From assembly GCA_963799485.1 (NCBI GenBank), contig CAWCXJ010000007.1, positions 288,001-352,000 of the forward strand: 64,000 nt of DNA, in the 5' to 3' direction. This DNA is from an uncultured Trueperaceae bacterium (GTDB lineage: Bacteria > Deinococcota > Deinococci > Deinococcales > Trueperaceae). A model generated the notes under the pieces. That model saw nothing but the letters and a program-made list of their open reading frames with translations, did no database searches and was not told the origin of the DNA. Each line of letters starts with the position of its first letter. Position 1 is the first letter of the stretch. Made by a program: the position numbers and the translations under genes. Shown here piece after piece: positions 30,089-42,766 of the stretch.

Positions 30089-30818
30089 GGGGAAGCTCCC
30101 AACGTTCGCCCTGAGCCGCAAAGCGTCCGCCCGACACCCGAAGCGGGTCTTGACCCAAAAGCCACGCCCAAAACGGCAGCGTCACCTCCGGGAGAGGCCG
30201 GTCGCTGATGTCTTCACCGGGGAAAGCGTCCTGGTGCATCTGCGTCTGCAAATCGCCGGGGTCGACGGAGACGACGCCCACATCTTCAAGTTCGGCGGCG
30301 AGTGTGCGGCTCAATAGGTCTAGCGCGGCTTTGCTCGAGCCGTAAGCGCCCCAACCCGGATACGCGCCCACGGCAGCGTCGGACGAAACGTTGACGACGA
30401 GCCCACGCCGCGCCCGCAGCGGCGCTATCGTCTCCTGAACGAGACCCAGCGGTGCAAAAACATTTGTACCGAAAAGTTCCCGCAAACGTTCCAGCGGATA
30501 CCGGGTCAGCTCCGGTAGCGGACTCGCCCCCAAGTCCGAGGCGTTGTTGACGAGTAAGTCGAGCCTACCTTGCCTTGCTGCAACCTCTGCCAGCGCGCGG
30601 CGGTGGGCGGCGTCGGTAACGTCGCCGGGGAGCGCGTGGACAGGGTGTCCGTAGCGCCTTAGCTGCTGGGCGGCGGTTTCAAGGGCAGTTTCGTTACGGG
30701 CGTCGAGGATAAGCGTATAGCCTTGGGCGGCCAAAAAGTCGGCGAGTGTAAAGCCGAGACCTCGGCTCGAGCCGGTAATCAGGGCGACTTTTGCTGAACG
30801 TGGCGAAGCGTGTGTCAT
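30078..30818 (-). CDS. Short-chain dehydrogenase/reductase
   Basis: TGSSRGLG, NNAS, YGSSK. Confidence 0.93.
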   Translation of the reverse strand: MTHASPRSAKVALITGSSRGLGFTLADFLAAQGYTLILDARNETALETAAQQLRRYGHPVHALPGDVTDAAHRRALAEVAARQGRLDLLVNNASDLGASPLPELTRYPLERLRELFGTNVFAPLGLVQETIAPLRARRGLVVNVSSDAAVGAYPGWGAYGSSKAALDLLSRTLAAELEDVGVVSVDPGDLQTQMHQDAFPGEDISDRPLPEVTLPFWAWLLGQDPLRVSGGRFAAQGERWELPRVA

Positions 30819-30897
30819 AAAGGCTGCCTTTCGGTATGGGTTTAATCCCTTACACCGAGTTTAGAAGTGCGAAAACGCGTTGGCCTCCGCCTATAGC

Positions 30898-31105
30898 CCT
30901 AGTCCTATTGCAGATGGCGCTTTTGCCGTTTGTAGTGAGCCTGTCTTGCCTGAGCTTGGCGCCGTCGCTGCCACCACGACCAAGCCAGAACGAACTGTGA
31001 ATCCAACCTGGTATGCCGGAGTAGGAGATAAAACCAGTGCTGCACCTCAGGTACACTTAAGGCGACGAGTTCAGCGGCTGTATCGCCCCTTTTTAGCCTC
31101 GCGAG
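30898..31105 (-). mobile_element. IS701-family transposase 3'-end remnant (copy A)
   Basis: KRG...LVALSVPEV...LAWSWWQRRRQAQARQAHYKR, then a CTAG-terminated end. Confidence 0.7.
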
Positions 31106-31219
31106 TACGAAACGCGCGCGTGGACGGGTTGGTACCGGCACATCACGCTTTCGCTCCCAGCCCACGCTTTCCTGGCTGCGCTACGCGCCCAAGCACTAAA
31201 AAAGCAACTGTGTCATTTG

Positions 31220-32323
<1,104 letters not shown>

Positions 32324-32551
32324 ATCCTCAACATACAAGGGGCTACCCCTGAACTCATCAGCTTGAGTATTCAAGAAGTTCGCCGCCTACTCGCTCGGCT
32401 TATCTGGCACCACTCCCTTGATCCACCCCGAGTCCTTGTCTGGTCTTGCCGGCGTCGGCGTCGTCAAGCCAGAGCTAAAGCCGCTCACTTCAAACGAAGA
32501 GGGTACTATCTGCGGCTGTAGTAAAAAACTTGTAACACCGGAAAGACGAAG

Positions 32552-32587
32552 AAAAAGGCGGACAGCTATTTAGCGTGTTCGCCTTTT
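32552..32587. terminator. Terminator downstream of tRNA-Leu
   Basis: AAAAAGGCGGACA...TGTTCGCCTTTT. Confidence 0.75.
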
Positions 32588-32590
32588 CGG

Positions 32591-32677
32591 TGGTGCCGAG
32601 AATGGGACTTGAACCCACACCCTCTTGCGAGGACTAGCTCCTGAAGCTAGCGCGTCTACCGATTCCGCCATCTCGGC
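32591..32677 (-). tRNA. tRNA-Leu(CAG)
   Basis: GCCGAGATGGCGGAATCGGTAGACGCG CTAGC-TTCAGGA-GCTAG, long variable arm, GGTTCAAGTCC, encoded CCA. Confidence 0.97.
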
Positions 32678-32713
32678 GAGTTCAGGAAGTGCAGTCTAAC
32701 AAGAATATAAAGG

Positions 32714-32812
32714 GTTGACAAGACACCTATGCTCGTCCCAAAATTGGGAGCGCTCGACGAACTGACGGGTGAGCGGGTAAAGTTGACAAGACACCTATGC
32801 TCGTCCCAAAAT
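32714..32812 (+). repeat. 31-bp perfect direct repeat separated by 37 bp
   Basis: GTTGACAAGACACCTATGCTCGTCCCAAAAT at 32714-32744 and 32782-32812. Confidence 0.95.
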
Positions 32813-32854
32813 GTCCGACCTCAGCAGCGGCGAGGCAAATGATAGACTGTGAAG

Positions 32855-33484
32855 ATGACGCAGCGACAGCTCGACCGGGCGCTTTTGGCGGGTATCGGGG
32901 TGATCCTCCTCGTTATCCTGGGGTTGGCACTAAGTCCTGCGCCGACCACGGCGCGAGGTGACATCAGCGACCCTGCCGTGCGTACCCCGCAGGTAGACGT
33001 GTTACCGGCCTCGCCTCCCGACGCAGCGGTGCTAGCTGACAGCAGAGAAGGGGAGTTGGAAAGTACGGATTCTGAACCGGCAGTTGTGGAGAACGATTCC
33101 GCCGCAGACACCGAAGAAGGTTCTCCGGTTGAAACCGCGCCGCCTCCTACAGATGAGCCGACCGCGCGAACTCCCTTTCAACCTGTTGCAGGCGTCCCGG
33201 TTGAGCGCGTTGGTTTTGCTTATGCGACCGGCAGCGAAGGCGCGTGCGGGGTACCGCTAACGGCCTGGAGCTATGTCGCGGTCAGCCGTGACCTCTTGGA
33301 GGCTTACCCGTGCGGCACCGCCGTTACGCTGAGCTTTGAAGATGAAATCGCCGGGCGCAGCTCGGTTACGGCGCAGGTCGGGGACACGATGGGAGCCGAT
33401 ATTACCGATACGGTCAATGTATTTGTCGGTGAAGATGAACCCGCGCTCGAGTACGGCGTCACTAGCGGCACGCTCGCACAGTAA
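32855..33484 (+). CDS. Membrane-anchored protein with acidic linker and C-terminal 3D/DPBB-like domain
   Basis: N-terminal TM; VAVSRDLL..YPCGT.V...VGDTMG...VNVFV. Confidence 0.6.
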   Translation: MTQRQLDRALLAGIGVILLVILGLALSPAPTTARGDISDPAVRTPQVDVLPASPPDAAVLADSREGELESTDSEPAVVENDSAADTEEGSPVETAPPPTDEPTARTPFQPVAGVPVERVGFAYATGSEGACGVPLTAWSYVAVSRDLLEAYPCGTAVTLSFEDEIAGRSSVTAQVGDTMGADITDTVNVFVGEDEPALEYGVTSGTLAQ

Positions 33485-33820
33485 GTGGCTCAGGTGCGCC
33501 GTTTTACCGCTCAGGGAACGAATACGGGCTTTGTCTGCGCGCACTGTAAACGCACGGTGCCGCCCCTGCAAAACGGTTCGTACCGCAACCACTGCCCGTC
33601 TTGCTTCCATTCGCTCCACCTCGACATTTTCCCCGGCGACCGTGCCAGCGACTGCCACGGGCTTTTAGAACCCGTCGGCGCTGAACACAGCGGGAAAAAG
33701 GGCTGGATTATCGTCCACCGCTGCGCGCGTTGCGGCGAACTGCGGCGCAACAAAGCCGCCCTAGACGACGCTGTACCCGACGATTTCGAGGGGCTCGTCG
33801 CCCTGACCCGACCTCGTTAG
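33485..33820 (+). CDS. RNHCP-domain protein
   Basis: F.C.HC, YRNHCP.C.HSLH.D..PGDR...C. Confidence 0.92.
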   Translation: MAQVRRFTAQGTNTGFVCAHCKRTVPPLQNGSYRNHCPSCFHSLHLDIFPGDRASDCHGLLEPVGAEHSGKKGWIIVHRCARCGELRRNKAALDDAVPDDFEGLVALTRPR

Positions 33821-33847
33821 TTTGCCTCGCAAAAAGGAGAGATACCA

Positions 33848-34627
33848 ATGTCCAGCAGCTACCGAATGCTAAAGGTCACACAAACCGGCGCACTTCTAAC
33901 TATTGCTCTCAACCGGCCTCAGGTGCTTAACGCTCTGACTTTAGAGTTACTGGGGGAACTCCAGTCAGCGTTAGGCGAAGCCGCCGCCGACGCAGTGCGG
34001 GCTGTTCTTTTAACCGGCGAAGGACGCGGCTTTTGCTCGGGTGCCGACCTCGGCGCGACGACCCTGGGTAAAGACACCACAAAAATTGTCGAAACTTACT
34101 ACAACCCGGTAGTGCTCGCACTCGCTGCGCTCCGTAAACCTGTGATTGCTGCCGTAAACGGCGTTGCAGCCGGGGCCGGAATGAGTCTGGCGCTCGCCTG
34201 CGACCTCAGGTTGCTATCCGAAGCGGCGGTTTTTACCCTCGGTTTTAGCCGCATCGGGCTCGTGATGGACGCCGCGATGAGTTATACATTGCCGCGCCTT
34301 GTCGGGCCGGCGCGGGCGCTCGAGCTCGCCTATACAGGGCGAAAGATAGGCGCTGAGGAGGCGCTCAAACTCGGTTTGGGTGAGCTGGTACTGCCCGCTG
34401 AGGATTTTGCGGAGAAGGCGGCAGAATTTGCGGCAGCGCTCGCCGAAGGCCCGACGCAGAGCTACGCCCGGATTAAAGCGCAGGTTGCGGCGTCTTTAGG
34501 GAATTCGTTAGAAGCGCAGTTAGGGCTCGAGGCCCGCCTGCAAGGTGAAGCCAGCCAGACGAAAGATTTTGCCGAAGGTGTCAGGGCTTTTGCTGAAAAA
34601 CGGACGCCGGTATTTCGTGGGCGATAA
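33848..34627 (+). CDS. Enoyl-CoA hydratase/isomerase (PaaG-like)
   Basis: LNRP..LNAL, FCSGADL, AAGAG.SLALACD. Confidence 0.92.
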   Translation: MSSSYRMLKVTQTGALLTIALNRPQVLNALTLELLGELQSALGEAAADAVRAVLLTGEGRGFCSGADLGATTLGKDTTKIVETYYNPVVLALAALRKPVIAAVNGVAAGAGMSLALACDLRLLSEAAVFTLGFSRIGLVMDAAMSYTLPRLVGPARALELAYTGRKIGAEEALKLGLGELVLPAEDFAEKAAEFAAALAEGPTQSYARIKAQVAASLGNSLEAQLGLEARLQGEASQTKDFAEGVRAFAEKRTPVFRGR

Positions 34628-34631
34628 AAGC

Positions 34632-36194
34632 GTGCAAGATATTCTTTTTTACGGCGGCCCGATTTTAACGCAAGATGATGTGAATCCCCTTGCCGAAGCT
34701 GTTTTGATACGCGGTGAACGGATTGCGTTTGTCGGTTCTTTGGCGGACGCTGAAAGTTTGGCGAGCCCCAAAGTAGAACGTTTCGACCTCGCGGGGCGCG
34801 CGCTGCTGCCGGGATTTCACGACGCGCATGTTCATCTGACGCAGCATGGGTTCGACCTCTCGCGGCTCAACCTCACCCAAACGCAAACGTTAGGCGAAGC
34901 GCTTACGTTGGTGGCGGCGCGCGCACAAGAACAGGAACCGGGAACGTGGCTTCAAGGCTCGGGGCTTTCGATGAGCCGCTGGAACGTTTCAAGCCTCGAT
35001 AAACGCGACCTCGACCGGGTGTCGTCGCAGCACCCGGTTACGCTCCGCTCACAAGACGGGCACAGCGTTTGGGTCAATTCACAGGCACTAGAGCAGATGG
35101 GTATCACCCGCACTACCCCCAACCCCGAGCACGGCGTCATCGAAAGGGACAACCAGGGGGAGCCGACCGGACGACTGCTCGAGCTTGCGACCAAACTGCT
35201 AGAGGCCGCCATCCCGCAACCTTCGGAAGCAGACCTTCAAAAAGCACTGAAGCAGGCCGGGGAGCATCTCGCAAGTCTCGGCATCACGACCGTTCACCAC
35301 ATGGCTTACGAACCGGCGCGGAACTGGCGGCAGTTGGCGCTCTCAGCCAGCCGGGACGATTTCCCGCTGCGGGTGTGGGCGTGTATAGACCAGGAACATA
35401 TCGAAGCGGCGGACGCGCTCGGGGTGGCGACGGGGCAAGGGGGACGTTTTACGGTTGGCGGGGCGAAGTTTTTTGCGGACGGGGCGCTCGGGAGTCTGAC
35501 AGCGTGGATGCTCTCACCCTACACCGGCACGGATACGGTAGGTGTTACGGTTCACGGGCCGGAAGTTTTACGGCAGCGGTACCCAAAAGCGCTGGACGCA
35601 GGTTTGACGCTCGTTACGCACGCCATCGGCGACGCAGCGAACCGGGCGGTGCTCGACGCTCTCGAGGCAACTAGAGACCAGTGGCAAGCTAAAGGGTTGA
35701 GGCCGAGGCTCGAGCACGCCCAACACCTTCACCCGGACGACGTGGCCCGCGCTGCCCGACTCGGTGTGGTGGTGTCTATGCAACCGATTCACCTTACCTT
35801 CGACGTTAAGCGCATCGGTGAGCTTTTGGCTGACCGGCAGGGCGGCGCGTACCGAACGAAATCGCTGCTGGACGCCGGGACGGTGCTTGCTTTCGGTTCC
35901 GACACGCCGGTCGCGTCCCCCGACGTCATCGCGGGCATACGCGCCGCGTGCCTGCGCGAAGCGGTAGACGGGTCGGTGCTTAATCCGGCAGAAGCTTTGA
36001 GTATAGACGAGGCGCTCGCCGCCTACACGAAGGGTGCAGCCTACGCCATCAGCCGTGAACACCGTTCGGGAAGGCTTAAAGCAGGTTTCGACGCCGACTT
36101 CGTGCTCTTGTCGCACGACCCGCATACGTCTTTAGCGGGGCTTTCGGTCGAGGGGACGATGCTGGCGGGAGGATGGACGTATGCGCCAACCTGA
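34632..36194 (+). CDS. Amidohydrolase (YtcJ/Amidohydro_3)
   Basis: PGFHDAHVH, KFFADGALGS, HAIGD, RLEHAQ, FGSDTPV. Confidence 0.92.
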   Translation: MQDILFYGGPILTQDDVNPLAEAVLIRGERIAFVGSLADAESLASPKVERFDLAGRALLPGFHDAHVHLTQHGFDLSRLNLTQTQTLGEALTLVAARAQEQEPGTWLQGSGLSMSRWNVSSLDKRDLDRVSSQHPVTLRSQDGHSVWVNSQALEQMGITRTTPNPEHGVIERDNQGEPTGRLLELATKLLEAAIPQPSEADLQKALKQAGEHLASLGITTVHHMAYEPARNWRQLALSASRDDFPLRVWACIDQEHIEAADALGVATGQGGRFTVGGAKFFADGALGSLTAWMLSPYTGTDTVGVTVHGPEVLRQRYPKALDAGLTLVTHAIGDAANRAVLDALEATRDQWQAKGLRPRLEHAQHLHPDDVARAARLGVVVSMQPIHLTFDVKRIGELLADRQGGAYRTKSLLDAGTVLAFGSDTPVASPDVIAGIRAACLREAVDGSVLNPAEALSIDEALAAYTKGAAYAISREHRSGRLKAGFDADFVLLSHDPHTSLAGLSVEGTMLAGGWTYAPT

Positions 36195-36211
36195 GGACGC
36201 TATACTGAGCT

Positions 36212-37483
36212 ATGCAGAATGTAACGCTGGACCGTACCAACCCAACGTTTGATTTGGCTGCCCTTCTGGGCCGCGCCCGCACTGCGAGTCGCCCACTGGC
36301 CCGCGCCGACCGTAACGGGGCGCTCTTGGCGGTAGCGGCGGGGTTGCTCGCGCATCAACCCGCCATCTTGACCGCGAACGCCGAAGACGTTACTGCTGAA
36401 CGTGCCAAAGGCACCTCGGACGCCCTGTTAGACCGCCTCAGTCTGAATGAAAAGCGACTTCAGGAAATCGCCGAAGCGGTGCGTCAGGTTGCCGCGCTGC
36501 CCGACCCGCTGCACCGGACGTTGGAGCAGTGGACGCTTGAAAACGGGCTCGAGGTTCGCAAAGTCAGCGTTCCCTTCGGCGTGATTGGGATGATCTACGA
36601 GTCGCGCCCGAACGTCACCGTAGACGCGGCGGTATTGGCCTTAAAAGCCGGGAGTGCGGCGGTATTGCGCGGCTCGGCGAACGCGCTGCGGAGCAACCGG
36701 GTGCTGGTCGCGGTGATGCGTGAGGCGCTCTCGCGTGCAGGCTTGCCCGAAGACGCCGCGCAACTTATCGACTCGCCCGACCGGGCGCTCGTCACGGAGT
36801 TGTTGTCCGCTCGCGGGCAGGTTGACCTGGTCATCCCGCGGGGCGGCGCGTCTTTAATCAATCACGTCGTCGAAACGGCGCAAGTCCCGGTGATTGAAAC
36901 CGGCACCGGCAACTGCCACATCTTCGTAGACGACTCGGCTGATTTGGAAAAAGCGAAAGAGATCGTTTTGAACGCAAAAGTGCAGCGCCCCGGCGTGTGT
37001 AATTCCGTGGAGACCCTCCTCGTTCACCGCGACGTAGCCGAAACCTTTTTGCCGGAGATGTTGGGGGCGCTGAGCGGGGCCGGAGTGCGGCTCCGAGGCT
37101 GTGAGCGTACACGGGCACTTTATCCCCAGGCAGACGCCGCGACCGAGGCCGATTGGGAGACGGAGTATCTAGACCTCGAGCTAGCCGTCCGCGTCGTGGG
37201 TTCAGTAGACGAGGTCATCGCCCATATCAATCTTTACGGTACGCAGCACAGCGAAGCCATTCTTACGGCGTCACCGGAAAATGCCCAGCAGTTTCAGGAC
37301 GAAATAGACGCCGCGGCGGTCTATGTCAACGCTTCAACGCGTTTTACCGACGGCTTCGTGTTCGGTTTCGGGGCGGAAATCGGGATTAGCACGCAAAAAT
37401 TGCACGCACGCGGGCCGCTGGGTTTAGCCGAGATTACGACCTATAAATATCTGCTTAACGGGCAGGGTCAGGTACGCGGCTAA
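36212..37483 (+). CDS. proA: Gamma-glutamyl phosphate reductase
   Basis: IYESRPNVT, IPRGG, GNCH, NASTRFTDG..FG.GAEIGISTQKLHARGP. Confidence 0.97.
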   Translation: MQNVTLDRTNPTFDLAALLGRARTASRPLARADRNGALLAVAAGLLAHQPAILTANAEDVTAERAKGTSDALLDRLSLNEKRLQEIAEAVRQVAALPDPLHRTLEQWTLENGLEVRKVSVPFGVIGMIYESRPNVTVDAAVLALKAGSAAVLRGSANALRSNRVLVAVMREALSRAGLPEDAAQLIDSPDRALVTELLSARGQVDLVIPRGGASLINHVVETAQVPVIETGTGNCHIFVDDSADLEKAKEIVLNAKVQRPGVCNSVETLLVHRDVAETFLPEMLGALSGAGVRLRGCERTRALYPQADAATEADWETEYLDLELAVRVVGSVDEVIAHINLYGTQHSEAILTASPENAQQFQDEIDAAAVYVNASTRFTDGFVFGFGAEIGISTQKLHARGPLGLAEITTYKYLLNGQGQVRG

Positions 37484-37580
37484 ACGTCTGAAAATAGCAT
37501 TGTAAATAAAGAGTATTATCGTCTCAGACGTGTCTCCCGGCGTCTCCGCAAGCCGCTTTGGAATGGTACACTACAGTTGA

Positions 37581-39566
<1,986 letters not shown>

Positions 39567-39584
39567 GATTTTCTTTAGAACCGT

Positions 39585-39619
39585 AAAAGAGCGGAGTCGC
39601 CAGCTCCGCTCTTTATTTT
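39585..39619. terminator. Bidirectional terminator between gyrB and the pullulanase gene
   Basis: AAAAGAGCGGAG/CTCCGCTCTTT. Confidence 0.85.
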
Positions 39620-39633
39620 GGCCGATAAGAACT

Positions 39634-42600
39634 TTACCGTCCCAGAAAAACCGCCGTCGTCCGTCCCGGTACAACGAAGGTTCCGTCCGTTCTAGCCCGT
39701 GAAAACTTGACGAGCGGGTCGCCCCCTTCCTGCTGCACCGGATGCAGCTTCATTCCACCTGCTAACTCTGGAATGTTTAGAGTCTGCACGTCGGGCGTAC
39801 CGTTGAAAACGACGGTGATGCTCGCTAACTTAGGCTCGAGGTCGTCGGCGTCCTCGAGCCTCATCACAATCACGCCGGGGATTTGTTCCGGGCCGGTGTT
39901 GTAAAAGCTCAGAGCGCTTTGCACGGCTTCGGCGGTTTGCAAGCGGAACAGGGGAGAGCTGTTACGAATTTGAAGCATCTCTTGAAGATGTTCAGCGTTT
40001 TGGCGAATGTCCGTTTCACTCGGTGCAGGGAGGGTTCCAAGCAAGCGGCTCATCAGGGGCCAGTTGTCGCCGTTTTCTCCCTCGAGTGGTAGCCCTAAAC
40101 CCCAGTTGTTCGCCTTGTACGAAAAGTCCAGCCGGTTAAACCAGTCGCCGGAGTTGTAAGAGTTGCGGTCGAGCGATTTTGAACGCAGCAGGTCGCTGCC
40201 CGCGTGAAAAAACGGGACGCCTTGGGACAGGGCGACCAGAGACAACCCCAGATTTTGCATCCGTACTCGTTCGCTTATCGGGGTCTCGAGCGGCGCTTTA
40301 AGCGCAACCGCGTCGAAAAGCGTTTCGTTGTCGTGCGCTGAGACGTAAACGATGTTCTCTTGCGGGTCTTGGGTGTAACCCGCCGGACTCTCGCCGTAAA
40401 GGATGTCGGCCCCGCGCACCGTTTCGCCGTCGGCGTTTTGAAAGGTGTAATCGGCAAGGTTGCCTGCTAGTCCGATACGAATCTGGTCGCTGGCGAGCAG
40501 GAGTCTGGCTTTTTGCTCTGCCGGTGTTCCCTGCGCCGAGTCGTTCGGGTCGGTAAAGAGTCCGGTGATAAAACCCTGTTCTTGGGGCCCGGAAAAAGGT
40601 GTGCCCCCCCGCGCGGCGTCGCGCAACCTATCGTTAAACGTACCGATACCGAGCCCCGCAACGTTTTGCTGCGTCGCGTTGACGCCCCGCGCATTTCCGG
40701 CGACCTCGCCGAAATCCCAACCTTCGCCGTAAAGGTAGATGCTGGAACCGTCCACGCCGTCTTTTTCAAGGGTGAGGCCGCTGAGCGCCTCTTTGACCGC
40801 CACCATATTCGAGACCATATGATGCCCCATCAAATCGAACCTGAAGCCGTCTATCTTATAAGCTTTGGCCCACGTAACGAGTGAGTCCACCATCAGCTTT
40901 TCCATCATGGCGTGTTCTGTAGCGGTGTTTTGGCAGCAGGTCGAGGTTTCGACTGCGCCGTCCGGATTCAGGCGATGATAGTAACCGGGGACGATGCGGT
41001 CTAAGACCGACAACTCGGCTTGTCCGCTCGAGCTCGTGTGGTTGTACACCACGTCCATCACCACCCGCAAGCCGGTTTCGTTCAGGCTTTGCACCATCTG
41101 GCGAAACTCCAGGGTGCGCGCCGCTCCCTCCGGATTTACGGCGTAAGAACCCTCTGGAACAGTGTAGTGCAGCGGGTCGTAACCCCAGTTAAAGGCGTCT
41201 TGGTCTTGCACGGCGGTGACGGCGGCTTGTTGTTCGGGGCTGGCCGGCGCGTAACGCGTCAGGTCGCCCGCAGGCGTCTCCCACGTGCTTTTATCTTCGT
41301 CGATAGTGGCGATGTCGAATACGGGCAAAAGGTGCAGGTGGGTCAACCCGGCGTCGGCTAGTGCGCGCAGGTGCGTCATACCGTCCGACTTCGGCACGCT
41401 GAACGCGCCGTAAGTGCCGCGCAAGGATGCTGGAACAGTTTCGTCGGTGGCGCTAAAATCGCGCACGTGCAACTCGTATACACTGATATCTTCGGGCGCT
41501 GCCAGGGGTGGTTTGTCCAGAGTATTCCAGCCTTCAGGTTGCAAGGCGGGGTCGTCTAGGTCGACGATTTGCGAACGGGTGCTGTTTGTCGATAACGCGT
41601 AGGCGTAGGGGTCGGTGACAAGGTTGGTTTCAAGCTGCTGCGTGGTGGGCGCGTAAACCGTGACTTCAAAAAGGTAGTACTTGCCGTTCCAGTCGGGGTC
41701 GCCGGTAATATTCCAGATGCCGGTGGTGTCGCTGCGGGTCAGCTCGAGTACTTTCCCCGCGTCACTTTCGGCGTCGGGAAAAAGGTGTAGCCGGACGTTT
41801 TGCGCGGTGGGTGCCCAAACGCGAACAGTCGGCGTGTCACCCTCCCAAACGACGCCTAGAGGTTCGTCATAAGCAGCTTCGGCGTAGAGGTCGTCCAAAA
41901 TGCCGGGAATCTGTACGCCGGTTGCGTCTAAAGGTCTGCCTATAGGAAAATCTCCGGACTCAGCGATGGCGAAGACCGCAAGCTGACCGCGCAAAGTCTC
42001 GGCGGGATTATCGTCGTTCAGACGGTAAGCAGAGTAATCCGCGAGATAGGGAAACTTAGCTCGCAGTTCGTCGCTAAGTCCTGCTTTGAGAAGCTCGAGT
42101 TCAACAAATTTTTGGATGCCGACCTCTGTTGGCTCAACACCGGTTTCAGTCAGCTCGAGCCCCCCGCTTGCCGCAGAGGTGAGCACAACGCGGGCATCTT
42201 CCGGCAATTCAGCGTCCCAAACGAGGGTTGTCCGGTCGAGCCAGTGGGCCCGCGCCATACTCAAGTCACCGGGTAGTCGGGCCTGGTTCGGGTCGGGCAA
42301 AGAAGTATAGACCATCTTGTCTCCTGAAACGACCCACGCTTCAAGGTCTTGGGTCAAGTCGAGTGTCATATCCGGCCCGGGGTCTTTTTCGTCGCCCTTA
42401 TGAATGATAAACCCGAGTTGCTCGGCGTCGTTTGTTAGACTCACGTCCCAGTAGACGCCGAAATCGTCCTCGCCGGTGGGCCTCAGCCCCGTCTCCCAAG
42501 TTACGCTTTCCGAAGTGTCTCCCCAAACATGCAGTGTCCAGCCGGAAAAATCTGTGTCAGGGCGGTTGTAGTGAACACGGGCTACGCCTTCAGAAACTGC

Positions 42601-42666
42601 GCTCTGTGCACCTGCTGCCGTCCATAAGGCTAACATTGCCGCTAAAACGAAACCGTACCGTTTCAT
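39634..42666 (-). CDS. pulA: Secreted pullulanase-type alpha-1,6-glucosidase (GH13)
   Basis: Signal peptide, CBM41-like N-terminus, NWGYDP, FRFDLMG, YGEGW, HDNE. Confidence 0.92.
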   Translation of the reverse strand: MKRYGFVLAAMLALWTAAGAQSAVSEGVARVHYNRPDTDFSGWTLHVWGDTSESVTWETGLRPTGEDDFGVYWDVSLTNDAEQLGFIIHKGDEKDPGPDMTLDLTQDLEAWVVSGDKMVYTSLPDPNQARLPGDLSMARAHWLDRTTLVWDAELPEDARVVLTSAASGGLELTETGVEPTEVGIQKFVELELLKAGLSDELRAKFPYLADYSAYRLNDDNPAETLRGQLAVFAIAESGDFPIGRPLDATGVQIPGILDDLYAEAAYDEPLGVVWEGDTPTVRVWAPTAQNVRLHLFPDAESDAGKVLELTRSDTTGIWNITGDPDWNGKYYLFEVTVYAPTTQQLETNLVTDPYAYALSTNSTRSQIVDLDDPALQPEGWNTLDKPPLAAPEDISVYELHVRDFSATDETVPASLRGTYGAFSVPKSDGMTHLRALADAGLTHLHLLPVFDIATIDEDKSTWETPAGDLTRYAPASPEQQAAVTAVQDQDAFNWGYDPLHYTVPEGSYAVNPEGAARTLEFRQMVQSLNETGLRVVMDVVYNHTSSSGQAELSVLDRIVPGYYHRLNPDGAVETSTCCQNTATEHAMMEKLMVDSLVTWAKAYKIDGFRFDLMGHHMVSNMVAVKEALSGLTLEKDGVDGSSIYLYGEGWDFGEVAGNARGVNATQQNVAGLGIGTFNDRLRDAARGGTPFSGPQEQGFITGLFTDPNDSAQGTPAEQKARLLLASDQIRIGLAGNLADYTFQNADGETVRGADILYGESPAGYTQDPQENIVYVSAHDNETLFDAVALKAPLETPISERVRMQNLGLSLVALSQGVPFFHAGSDLLRSKSLDRNSYNSGDWFNRLDFSYKANNWGLGLPLEGENGDNWPLMSRLLGTLPAPSETDIRQNAEHLQEMLQIRNSSPLFRLQTAEAVQSALSFYNTGPEQIPGVIVMRLEDADDLEPKLASITVVFNGTPDVQTLNIPELAGGMKLHPVQQEGGDPLVKFSRARTDGTFVVPGRTTAVFLGR

Positions 42667-42716
42667 AAATACTCCTTAAATCGGCTTTGAAGCTAGTCTA
42701 CGCCAGGTACACCAAG

Positions 42717-42741
42717 AAAAAAGGTGAGCCTAAGCTCACCT
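42717..42741 (-). terminator. Terminator after the act operon
   Basis: AGGTGAGC/GCTCACCT stem plus T-tract on the - strand. Confidence 0.8.
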
Positions 42742-42766
42742 CGAGGTCGCCTGCTGGGTTTGTAGC

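Noticed and set aside
32714..32812. CRISPR array call
   Set aside because: Only two repeats, non-palindromic, no cas genes or leader; kept as an unexplained repeat
37515..37535. RDRM/DdrO operator upstream of gyrB (CGTCTCAGACG palindrome)
   Set aside because: Outer bases fit the RDRM consensus poorly; cannot support without a PWM scan
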